Positions 24,697 to 32,469 of a stretch of 37,030 nucleotides of DNA are shown here, piece by piece. The stretch is taken from the NCBI GenBank assembly GCA_964573145.1, contig CAZNIM010000004.1:1-37030 (forward strand). The letters run 5' to 3'. Source of the stretch: an uncultured Candidatus Saccharibacteria bacterium (GTDB lineage Bacteria; Patescibacteriota; Minisyncoccia; Minisyncoccales; PWPS01). Within the stretch, counting starts at the first letter, position 1. Every line of letters begins with the position of its first letter. Below the pieces are notes generated by a model. It saw only the letters and a list, made by a program, of their open reading frames with translations, ran no database searches and had not been told where the DNA came from. A program made the position numbers and the translations under genes.

Positions 24697-25983
24697 CTAC
24701 TTTAAAAGAAAGTCAAATATCTTATCGTTTTTCAAGATATCGTGAACATAAGAACGCAATCTTTGCAAGCTATCCTCGTCCTCGTCCTCTCTGCTTCTTC
24801 CCGAAACTTGAAAATGCTTATCGACTTCTTTTTCTATCTCTTCATCGGTAACTTCAATCTTCTCCTCTTCCGCTATCTTGTGGAGTATTATTGCCGCCGC
24901 TACATTATCTTCGGCCTTCGATCTCCACTCCTCTCTTAAGTCCTCTCTTTTTTTATCTATCCTTTCCAAATAATCGTCAAAAGTCAAACCGCTCTGTTGA
25001 AGTTGCATATTCATCTGATTTTCCATATTTTCCAGCTCTCTTTCAACTAAAATTTCAGGAAGTTCAATATCGGTTTTTTTGATCAGTTCGTTGACCAACT
25101 TCATTCTCAATGCTTCATTATTTTTCGCTTCTTTTTCCGATCCGATACCCTCCTTTATCTTTTCTTTCAACTCTTTCAAATTCGATATATCGCCGTGAAG
25201 ACTGTTTGCAAACTCGTCATTGAGCTCGGGCATCTCTTTTTCAAAGACCGACTCGAGATCAAGATCGAACTCTATCTCCTTACCGGCCAACTCCTCGTTC
25301 GAATCTTCTTCGGAAATTTTTATTTTGAAACTTTTACTTTCCCCCGGCTTCATTCCGATAATTTTTTCTTCGAATCCTTCCAGTAAATCAAATCTACCCG
25401 TTCCGAGAGTGAACTGAAAGTCATCTTCACCCATCTCTTCTTCCCCGTCAACCAGACCCTTAAAACTGATCTTAACCTTGTCATCTTCTTTAGCTCCCCT
25501 ATCGACTTCCTTGCTCGTCGCTCTCGACTCTCTGATCCTGTCCAAAGTTTCATCAACCTCTTTATCGGAAACTTCAACCTCCTCGTCTTCTTTTTCTGAA
25601 ACTTCTTCAGCTATTTTTTTATAATCCGGTAAATCGAATTCCGGCATTACGAAAAAAACGGCTTTATACTTCAAAGGGTTTCCCGGAGCCAATTGAGAAA
25701 ACTCTATTTCCGGTTGAGATATCGGGAAAAGCTCATTATTTTCAATTGCTCGAGGATAAGTTTCTTCAACTGCGAATTTGGCTGCTTCAGCCCACAGCTT
25801 CTCTTTTCCGAAAGAATTTTCAACGACTTCACGAGGAGCCTTTCCCGGCCTGAATCCTTTTACGTTCATCTCTTCCGACAATTTGCCTGCCGCTTGATCC
25901 AAAAACTTTTCCATCTCATCGACTTCTATTTTCACCGTTAACTCTTTTTTTCCTTTTTCTTTGTCTTCAATTTTTTCTTCCAT
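24697..25983 (-). CDS. tig: Trigger factor
   Basis: N-terminal ribosome-binding signature GFRPGKAPREVVE, a central PPIase-like region and a long acidic helical C-terminus. 428 aa. Confidence 0.9.
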   Translation of the reverse strand: MEEKIEDKEKGKKELTVKIEVDEMEKFLDQAAGKLSEEMNVKGFRPGKAPREVVENSFGKEKLWAEAAKFAVEETYPRAIENNELFPISQPEIEFSQLAPGNPLKYKAVFFVMPEFDLPDYKKIAEEVSEKEDEEVEVSDKEVDETLDRIRESRATSKEVDRGAKEDDKVKISFKGLVDGEEEMGEDDFQFTLGTGRFDLLEGFEEKIIGMKPGESKSFKIKISEEDSNEELAGKEIEFDLDLESVFEKEMPELNDEFANSLHGDISNLKELKEKIKEGIGSEKEAKNNEALRMKLVNELIKKTDIELPEILVERELENMENQMNMQLQQSGLTFDDYLERIDKKREDLREEWRSKAEDNVAAAIILHKIAEEEKIEVTDEEIEKEVDKHFQVSGRSREDEDEDSLQRLRSYVHDILKNDKIFDFLLK

Positions 25984-26018
25984 ATTTATTTAGATTAATT
26001 GCTAAAACACCGTCTATA

Positions 26019-26046
26019 AGAATAACACAGTTGAGCTTATCTTCAA
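26019..26046 (-). promoter_or_regulatory. Candidate promoter for tig
   Basis: On the minus strand: TTGAAG (26046-26041), a 16-nt spacer, then an extended -10 TGtTATTCT. The match is weak. Confidence 0.3.
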
Positions 26047-26048
26047 AA

Positions 26049-26492
26049 TTATTCCCCGATTATTTGAACCTGCACCTTTCTCGGGCGAGCTCTATCGAGT
26101 TCAATAAAAAGAATCCGTTGCCAAGTTCCGAGTTGAAGCGATCCTTCAAAAAGATTAAGAGTATTGGTCGGAGTAAGATAAATCGCCTTACAGTGTGAGT
26201 GACCGTTGGCGCATTCATCGTCACACATATTAACCGTTCTTACGCTGAAATCATCGTGTCTGTAATCTTCTTCTCGGGGAGCCAATCGAGATAAGTTTTT
26301 TTTAATATCTTCGAGAAGTAACGGTTCGTTCTCATTAACGATCAGCATCGCCGTAGTGTGCATCGACTGAATATTAACCAATCCATTCTCAACTCCCGAA
26401 TCGTCAACGATATTTTTCACCTTGTCGGTAATATCGAAAAATTCCAAGGATTCGGTTGTTTCTATTTTTAGTGTTTTGTTTATCGCTTTCAT
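26049..26492 (-). CDS. yjbQ: YjbQ/UPF0047 family protein (secondary thiamine-phosphate synthase-like)
   Basis: LVNIQSMHTTAMLIVNENEPLLLEDIKKNL and the histidine-rich HDDF...NGHSHCKA, followed by LQLGTWQRI. 147 aa. Confidence 0.85.
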   Translation of the reverse strand: MKAINKTLKIETTESLEFFDITDKVKNIVDDSGVENGLVNIQSMHTTAMLIVNENEPLLLEDIKKNLSRLAPREEDYRHDDFSVRTVNMCDDECANGHSHCKAIYLTPTNTLNLFEGSLQLGTWQRILFIELDRARPRKVQVQIIGE

Positions 26493-27473
26493 TTATTTTT
26501 TTCTTTTTGCTATTATTTGAACTAATTCTTGCAGATCTTCTTTATCGTTACCGGCAGGTAAAAAAGATAAATTATCAAGAGCTGATTCACTGTATTTTTT
26601 TGACAACTTTTCAGCTCTCTTTTTTGCTTCGGTTTCTTCTATCTTCAAGATTACCTCATTTAAGTCTTTTTCGTCAATCCCTTTCTCTAATTTTTCAGCT
26701 ATCGACTTATCTTCTCTTGCCGCCAAAAGCAGTACGATATTACCCCCCTTTCCTTCTTTTATATCTTTTCCCTTTTCTTTTCCGAACTGCTCCGGATCCC
26801 CGAATATGTCCAAAATATCATCTTGAATTTGATAACTGATTCCTAAGTTTTTTCCAAAATCGAGAGCCGTTTCCAAGTCTTTACCTTTTGCCAGAAGAAG
26901 CCCGGAGCCGGCTGCCGCCTGAAAAAGAGCAGCAGTCTTCTTTTCAACCATCATAAAATAATCTTTCATCTCAATTTCATCAAATGATCTTTTCTTAAGA
27001 AAGGGTTCGACTTTTTTTCCTCTCTCCTGCAAAACATCAACCAACTCCCCGATCATCACCTCTTTCATCTTTCGAGCCATCAGTTCGGAAACCGAAGGAT
27101 CGACATCTTTTAAAAGGTCGATTATGGTTGAAAAATAAAATGAACTAATACAAAGTGAGGTTTTTTCTCCGTACTTTTTTCTGGATGTCGGCAATGACCT
27201 TCGCACCTCCCCCCTATCTATTATATCGTCAATAATCAAACTGTAATTATGAAAAATTTCCAAAGCGGCGGCGGCGGATAAGGCTTTTTCAATCTCCTTT
27301 CCCGAAAGAGATTTAAAAAATTTCCACAAAATAAAAGGTCTGATCCTCTTTCCTCCGGTTTTAATTTGATACTCGGTAGAGTCTTTGAATTCTCCGTGTT
27401 GCCACCTGCTTAAAGAATCAAAAATAACCTCTTCAACTACGGGGGTAAATTTTTTTATTTCTTCAGAAAGCAT
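26493..27473 (-). CDS. Short-chain trans-polyprenyl diphosphate synthase (FPP/GGPP synthase family)
   Basis: First Asp-rich motif LIIDDIIDRGEVRR, with an aromatic Tyr at position -5. Second Asp-rich motif YQIQDDILDIFGD. 326 aa. Confidence 0.9.
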   Translation of the reverse strand: MLSEEIKKFTPVVEEVIFDSLSRWQHGEFKDSTEYQIKTGGKRIRPFILWKFFKSLSGKEIEKALSAAAALEIFHNYSLIIDDIIDRGEVRRSLPTSRKKYGEKTSLCISSFYFSTIIDLLKDVDPSVSELMARKMKEVMIGELVDVLQERGKKVEPFLKKRSFDEIEMKDYFMMVEKKTAALFQAAAGSGLLLAKGKDLETALDFGKNLGISYQIQDDILDIFGDPEQFGKEKGKDIKEGKGGNIVLLLAAREDKSIAEKLEKGIDEKDLNEVILKIEETEAKKRAEKLSKKYSESALDNLSFLPAGNDKEDLQELVQIIAKRKK

Positions 27474-27480
27474 AAAATAA

Positions 27481-27509
27481 AGAAAAAGCCGTCCCGAAGG
27501 ACGGCTTTT
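27481..27509 (-). terminator. Strong hairpin plus U-tract (bidirectional shape) between the acidic ORF and the polyprenyl synthase gene
   Basis: Stem AAAAGCCGTCC / GGACGGCTTTT with a UUCG tetraloop on the minus strand and T5 after it. It ends only about 8 nt before the next start codon at 27473. Confidence 0.65.
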
Positions 27510-27515
27510 AATTTA

Positions 27516-27713
27516 CTATTTTTTTTCTTCCTCTTCTTCCGGCTTTTCTTCATCTTCTTCACTCGGTTCTTCTTCATTCATTTCCTCTTCCGGTTCTTCT
27601 TCCAAACCCTCCATCTCTATCGGCTCTTCTTCGGATTCATCAACCCCCTTCGTTAAATGCCATATAATTACGGCCAAAACGACCACTAAAAGTATAATCC
27701 ATTCCATGGTCAC
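27516..27713 (-). CDS. Small membrane-anchored protein with an extreme poly-Glu tail
   Basis: 65 aa: one TM helix (MTMEWIILLVVVLAVIIWHL) followed by about 40 residues that are mostly Glu/Pro. The start overlaps the murC stop by 4 nt. Confidence 0.5.
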   Translation of the reverse strand: MTMEWIILLVVVLAVIIWHLTKGVDESEEEPIEMEGLEEEPEEEMNEEEPSEEDEEKPEEEEEKK

Positions 27714-29020
27714 TTATTTTTTGATTTGATTTGACCTTTTAAAACTTCTTCCAATTGATATATATCCCCTGCACCGATTATAGCTATTATTTTACCCCTC
27801 TGCAAATATTCTTCTAATTTTTTCTTAATTTCACCAAATCCTCCCGGCAGATAATCGACTTTTTCATTTTTTACACCTTCAACCAACTCTCGAGAAGATA
27901 TCTTTTTTTTGATTTCTTCCGACTCTCTGCCGGCCACACTATAGATATCAACGACAAAAACCTTAATCTCGGACTCCTTCAACACTTTAATAAATTGATC
28001 ACGAAGATGAGCGGTTCGCTTATATTGATGGGGTTGGAAAACGGCAACCGCTTTTTCTCCGTATTTGTCACTCAAAGCTTTGAGAGTAGCTCTCAACTCG
28101 GTCGGGTGATGAGCGTAATCTTGAACTATGTTAATTTTTTGGCCGGAAACGGTAATCTCTTTCTCTTCGAACCTCCTCCAAATTCCCTTATAGTTAGCAA
28201 TTCCCCGTAATATCTTTTCTTTCGGAATCTTTAAAAGTTCAGCCGTTTTATAAGCCGCTGAGGCATTTTCCAAATTATGGTCACCGGGAATTTTCAAAGC
28301 CTTTTTTATCTCTTCTTTTTCCGGCGAGTTTACCGAGAAAAAATGTCCATTTTTCACTTTTAGCCTTTTCAAATTGGAATCATCATCATTTAAAATTACC
28401 GGTTTATCTTTTAATCCGGAAAGATATTCTTGAAAAGTTTCGACCAAATCGTCAATATCGGAGTAAGAGTCGAGGTGCTCCAGTTCCAAATTGGTTATTG
28501 TCGCTAAATCGGGGCTGTAATTTAAAATTGATTTATTCCATTCATCGGCTTCAATTATCAAATATTCGGAATCACCCCGACGATAATTTTTAGAACCGAA
28601 CTGTAATAATTTTGTTCCCACTATTACCGTCGGATCAAGCCCGGCCTCAATAAATATCATCGCCGTCATCGCCGTAGTAGTGCTCTTCCCGTGAGTTCCA
28701 GAAATTGCAATAGTAAAATAATCCTTACTGACCTCAGCCAAAGCTTGTGGATAGCTTTCGGTTTCAATTCCCAACTTTATTGCCTCTTTAATTTCCGGAT
28801 TATCAAAATTTACGGCCGCCGTATAAACAATTTTTTCAATGCCGGAATCTATATTATTTTTATCGTGACCAATCTGAATTCGAACCCCCTCATCTTCAAG
28901 ATCATCCGTAATCTCACTCTTTTTCAAATCGGATCCGGAAACATCCCACCCCTCGGCAATAAAGTGTCGAGCTAACGCCGAAACGCCGATCCCCCCTATT
29001 CCGACAAAATGTATTCGCAT
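27710..29020 (-). CDS. murC: UDP-N-acetylmuramate--L-alanine ligase MurC
   Basis: N-terminus IHFVGIGGIGVSALA and P-loop GTHGKSTTTAM. Mur-ligase C-terminal region DYAHHPTE. 436 aa. Confidence 0.93.
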   Translation of the reverse strand: MRIHFVGIGGIGVSALARHFIAEGWDVSGSDLKKSEITDDLEDEGVRIQIGHDKNNIDSGIEKIVYTAAVNFDNPEIKEAIKLGIETESYPQALAEVSKDYFTIAISGTHGKSTTTAMTAMIFIEAGLDPTVIVGTKLLQFGSKNYRRGDSEYLIIEADEWNKSILNYSPDLATITNLELEHLDSYSDIDDLVETFQEYLSGLKDKPVILNDDDSNLKRLKVKNGHFFSVNSPEKEEIKKALKIPGDHNLENASAAYKTAELLKIPKEKILRGIANYKGIWRRFEEKEITVSGQKINIVQDYAHHPTELRATLKALSDKYGEKAVAVFQPHQYKRTAHLRDQFIKVLKESEIKVFVVDIYSVAGRESEEIKKKISSRELVEGVKNEKVDYLPGGFGEIKKKLEEYLQRGKIIAIIGAGDIYQLEEVLKGQIKSKNK

Positions 29021-29023
29021 ATT

Positions 29024-29575
29024 TTAGGTCAAATTTATTCTTTTAATTTTTTTATAATCGGGAACACCTCTTCCCGGTCGACTCTCCATCAAATCGAACG
29101 ACTCAACCGGAAAAGTAAAATCGACCCAAAAATCATCCAAAAGAGGGATTTCCTCGATATCGATTCTCTTGAATGCGGATTTGGTCCTGGCTAAAGTTAT
29201 ATGAGGTTCGAACTCGACGGTATCCGAGATTGAAAAGCTCTTTTCCAAGGATGAAATAATTCTGTTCCTCAGTTTTTCAAAAGGACCCTCGAGATCAATC
29301 CAAATCAATCTCGCCGATCTCCTGTCGGGAACGTACTGCAATTCGCCGATTGAAGCTTCAAATTTTTTGAATTTCACTTTATCCAGTAATGATGAAAGTT
29401 CGGAAACCCTCTCCGTTTTAATGTTTCCGATATAAACAAGAGTTATATGTAAATTTTCTTCGGTTACCCAGCGCAGACTACCACTCGGAAATTCGGAGGA
29501 CAATCTTCTTTTAATCTCCGCAAGTTCTTTTTTAAGATCTTCCAGTAAATTTACAGCTATAAAAATTCTCTTCAT
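29024..29575 (-). CDS. thpR: RNA 2',3'-cyclic phosphodiesterase (2H phosphoesterase, LigT/ThpR)
   Basis: Two HxTx motifs, LHITLVYIG and PHITLART, at the typical spacing. 183 aa. Confidence 0.85.
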   Translation of the reverse strand: MKRIFIAVNLLEDLKKELAEIKRRLSSEFPSGSLRWVTEENLHITLVYIGNIKTERVSELSSLLDKVKFKKFEASIGELQYVPDRRSARLIWIDLEGPFEKLRNRIISSLEKSFSISDTVEFEPHITLARTKSAFKRIDIEEIPLLDDFWVDFTFPVESFDLMESRPGRGVPDYKKIKRINLT

Positions 29576-29672
29576 ATTGATGATTATCGATACTTACTTT
29601 AATATATAAAATTTTCAATAAAAATAAAAATGATGCAATTTAAAATCTCCGAAAATATGATAAAATAAGTAA

Positions 29673-29716
29673 CGGTGATTGAAATTGTTTAAGATATCGA
29701 GCAAAATCAATTACCG
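29673..29716 (+). promoter_or_regulatory. Inverted repeat in the divergent control region and 5' leader
   Basis: CGGTGATTGA (29673-29682) pairs with TCAATTACCG (29707-29716), 10 bp including one G-T pair, across a 24-nt spacer. It lies 38 nt upstream of the LigB/Memo-like start. Confidence 0.35.
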
Positions 29717-29753
29717 ATTCCATTTTATCTTAAAAATTAATTAATTCAGAAAG

Positions 29754-30521
29754 ATGTCAATTGAATTCGCCTCACTTTGCCCGCACCCGCCGATTATAAT
29801 TCCCGGAGTGGGAAATGAAAAGGATCGTGAAAAAGTTTCCAAAACGATTGAATCGATGAACAGGCTCGCCGCCGATCTTAAAGAAAAAGAGATTGAAACC
29901 GTCGTTATTGTTTCATCTCACATTAATCACTCGGAAAAATTCATAATAAAGACTGATAACGGATTTACCTCTTCTTTGCCCGGAGCACTTTTAACCTATA
30001 AGGGAGACCCGGAACTGGCCGGTAAGATATCTTCATTGAAAGATGCTAAGCCGCTCAAAGGTGGTGATTTGGATCACGGAACCGCCGTTCCACTTCACTT
30101 TTTTAAACAAAAAAAACCAAACATAAAAGTCGTTCCGGTCGGAACAACCTCTCTTAGTATTGAAAATCACTTTCTTTTCGGCAAAAAGTTGGGAAAACTG
30201 CTCTCCGAGGAGAAGAAAAAGATTGCCCTGATCGCTTCCGGAGACTTGTCTCATCGGCTGACTCCCTCCGCTCCGTCCGGCTTTTCGGAAGAAGGGGAAA
30301 AGTTCGATAAAAAATTTTTAACTTTGATCCGCGGTAAAAAGATCACCGAACTGGATGAAAAAATGATTGAGAAAGCGGCCCCGTGCGGTTGCCGATCAGC
30401 CGCGATTCTTACCGGATCCATTTCAACAAAAAATTACAATCCCGAAATCGTTTCTTACGAAGGGCCTTTCGGCGTCGGTTATGCGGTTATTGAATTCAAA
30501 CTGAAAAATAATGAAGATTAA
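29754..30521 (+). CDS. LigB/Memo-superfamily protein (class III extradiol dioxygenase subunit B-like)
   Basis: CPHPPIIIPGVG at the N-terminus, then DHGTAVPLHF, SGDLSHRL and APCGCRSAAIL. 255 aa. LigB-type versus Memo-type cannot be resolved by eye. Confidence 0.7.
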   Translation: MSIEFASLCPHPPIIIPGVGNEKDREKVSKTIESMNRLAADLKEKEIETVVIVSSHINHSEKFIIKTDNGFTSSLPGALLTYKGDPELAGKISSLKDAKPLKGGDLDHGTAVPLHFFKQKKPNIKVVPVGTTSLSIENHFLFGKKLGKLLSEEKKKIALIASGDLSHRLTPSAPSGFSEEGEKFDKKFLTLIRGKKITELDEKMIEKAAPCGCRSAAILTGSISTKNYNPEIVSYEGPFGVGYAVIEFKLKNNED

Positions 30522-30795
30522 GATTAAAAATGAGGAAAATATTATTAACCTGATCAGAAAAATCGGCTATCATTTTGATCGCAGGTCGAGCTCCGAAAAT
30601 CCGTCATTCTCTCGACCGATTGGAGGTGGTAAGTTTCCTCGATTTCACATCTACTACGATCCCAAAAAGAATTTACTGAATCTCCATCTCGATCAAAAAG
30701 CTCCTCGATACTCGTCCGCAAACGATCACGGTGCCGAATATTCCGGACCGGTAGTCGAAAAAGAAGCGGAGAGAATAAAAAATATAATCGACTGA
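30511..30795 (+). CDS. Hypothetical 94-aa protein, no recognised family
   Basis: The ORF overlaps the upstream stop by 11 nt, which suggests translational coupling. It has a His-rich core, KFPRFHIYYDPKKNLLNLHLDQKAPRYSSANDHGAEY. Confidence 0.55.
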   Translation: MKIKIKNEENIINLIRKIGYHFDRRSSSENPSFSRPIGGGKFPRFHIYYDPKKNLLNLHLDQKAPRYSSANDHGAEYSGPVVEKEAERIKNIID

Positions 30796-30820
30796 AGTAA
30801 ATAAAATCGAAAATTAAAAT

Positions 30821-31546
30821 ATGAATTGTTACCGAAAAATAACCGATTTTTTTCCCGATTTTCTAAAAAAATCTTCCTCGGAATCGGACTTGAAACGAAA
30901 GTCTCGTCACTTGGATTATTTTGAAAAATGGCTCAATCTGGTTGAAAAATCAGAAATTAAACCACAAAACTTAACCGTTTGCGATTTGGAGGATTATAAA
31001 AAATTTTTACTGAAAACGAAGAAGGTAAAAAAATCGACACTTAAGCAATACCTGGCAACCGTTAGATTTTTTCTTGAATTCTTAACCTCCATCAACATCG
31101 ATTGTCCCCCTCCTGAAAATGCACGCTTCGAGAAGAAAAAAGAGAGTGAAATACAAATAGTAGTAAATTATTATTTTGAAACCAAGGGAATAACCTTGGA
31201 AAAGTTAAAAGTTGATACTCGCAAAAAGAAGATTATATATTCTCGACACACCAAACCCGCCAAAGACCTTTTGGAATTAGCCGGTAATTCGGAAGATGCA
31301 AAACGAGCAATTAAAAAAGTCTCTTTATGGGCCAAGTCGAGAAACTTGGACTATACACTGGAAACGGTTCTTAAAAAGTGGATGGAACTGGACAGTCTGA
31401 AACCGAAAGAAAAAGAAAAAAAACCTTTTTACAAAGGGGATCGAATGGTAAAGTCAAGGGGTAAGTGGCACGTAATCGACGCGGAGGGTGAATGGTTCGA
31501 ATTCGCCGGTGACGAAGAAGAAATTGAATGGAAAGAGGTAGATTAA
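30821..31546 (+). CDS. Hypothetical protein with an integrase SAM-like core-binding domain only, plus an unassigned C-terminal module
   Basis: 241 aa. The N-terminal segment LEDYKKFLLKTKKVKKSTLKQYLATVRFFLEFL resembles the core-binding domain of the Xer recombinase in this window. There is no R..HxxR..Y catalytic region. Confidence 0.55.
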   Translation: MNCYRKITDFFPDFLKKSSSESDLKRKSRHLDYFEKWLNLVEKSEIKPQNLTVCDLEDYKKFLLKTKKVKKSTLKQYLATVRFFLEFLTSINIDCPPPENARFEKKKESEIQIVVNYYFETKGITLEKLKVDTRKKKIIYSRHTKPAKDLLELAGNSEDAKRAIKKVSLWAKSRNLDYTLETVLKKWMELDSLKPKEKEKKPFYKGDRMVKSRGKWHVIDAEGEWFEFAGDEEEIEWKEVD

Positions 31547-31560
31547 ATAAAATCAATCAA

Positions 31561-32469
31561 ATGCATATAACATTTGCGGGAACTCCCCGCTTTTCAAAAT
31601 TAGTCTTGAAAGAGCTGATTAAAGAAGGAGTTTCGATAAGTTCCGTCGTTACTCGTGAAGATAAGAAAAAAGGACGTGGTCAAAAATTAACCCCCTCACC
31701 GGTTAAAAAAGAGGCGCTGGAAAATAATATTCCGGTTTTTTATAATTTATCGGAAATAATCGACAAAACCGACTTGGTTCTGGTCGCCGGATACGGAAAT
31801 ATAATCGATTCGGAAACATTGAAAAAACCGGCTCACGGATTTTTAAATGTCCACCCCTCCCTACTCCCCAAATACAGGGGCCCGACCCCGCTTCAAAGCG
31901 CAATTTTGTCCGGAGACGAAGAAACCGGAGTATCGATAATCGTGATGGATGAAAAGATTGATCACGGACCGATACTAATTCAAGAAAAAATGAAAATAAA
32001 CCGAGCGGACTATCCCGAGCTGGAAAAAAAGACGGCGATTATCGGAGGTCGCCTTTTATCGAAAGCGATACCTACTTGGGTTAAGGGTGAAATGGAACCG
32101 ACTCCTCAAGATCACCAGTCGGCCACCGAAACCGAACTACTATCAAAAGAAGACGGAGAGATCGATTGGTCCGAAAGTGCTAAAAAGATAGAAAGAATGG
32201 TTAGAGCTTATAAGCCGTGGCCGGGAAGCTACACTTATCTTCGCGGGAAAAGATTAAACATAAAAAAAGCCGAAGCCCGGGTTCAAGGCTCCGACCACCC
32301 TTCCGGCCCCGTCGGAAAAACTTTCTTGGCTACCAATTCGGAAATTGCAGTACAGACGGGAAAAGATTACCTGGTTATTAAAAGATTACAACCGGAAGGA
32401 AAAAAAGAGGCCGAAGTTTCCGATTTTCTCCGAGGTAATATCGATGTTATCGGAGAGATTCTGGGTTAA
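31561..32469 (+). CDS. fmt: Methionyl-tRNA formyltransferase
   Basis: N-terminus MHITFAGTPRFS, then GFLNVHPSLLPKYRGPTPLQ and KPWPGSYT. The start is moved to ATG 31561; the ORF-track 31528 start adds 11 atypical residues and overlaps the upstream gene. Confidence 0.92.
   Translation: MHITFAGTPRFSKLVLKELIKEGVSISSVVTREDKKKGRGQKLTPSPVKKEALENNIPVFYNLSEIIDKTDLVLVAGYGNIIDSETLKKPAHGFLNVHPSLLPKYRGPTPLQSAILSGDEETGVSIIVMDEKIDHGPILIQEKMKINRADYPELEKKTAIIGGRLLSKAIPTWVKGEMEPTPQDHQSATETELLSKEDGEIDWSESAKKIERMVRAYKPWPGSYTYLRGKRLNIKKAEARVQGSDHPSGPVGKTFLATNSEIAVQTGKDYLVIKRLQPEGKKEAEVSDFLRGNIDVIGEILG

Noticed and set aside
27520-27620. Purine- and pyrimidine-skewed low-complexity DNA (TTC/CTC runs here; GAA/GAG runs at 6950-7027), which could be mistaken for tandem repeats or a CRISPR-like array.
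   Set aside because: There is no fixed repeat unit and no spacer structure. Both stretches simply encode poly-Glu tails, of the small acidic protein and of DnaK. No CRISPR array is present anywhere in the window.
29630-29668. 12-codon upstream ORF (MMQFKISENMIK) just ahead of the inverted repeat, which could be a leader peptide for attenuation.
   Set aside because: It has no SD and no informative codon run. It would start upstream of the only plausible -10 box, and short ORFs like this are expected by chance in AT-rich DNA.
31528-31560. Upstream start for fmt (MERGRLNKINQ...) overlapping the preceding gene.
   Set aside because: Formyltransferases begin close to the (M)xIxFxGTP block. The ATG at 31561 gives MHITFAGTP.
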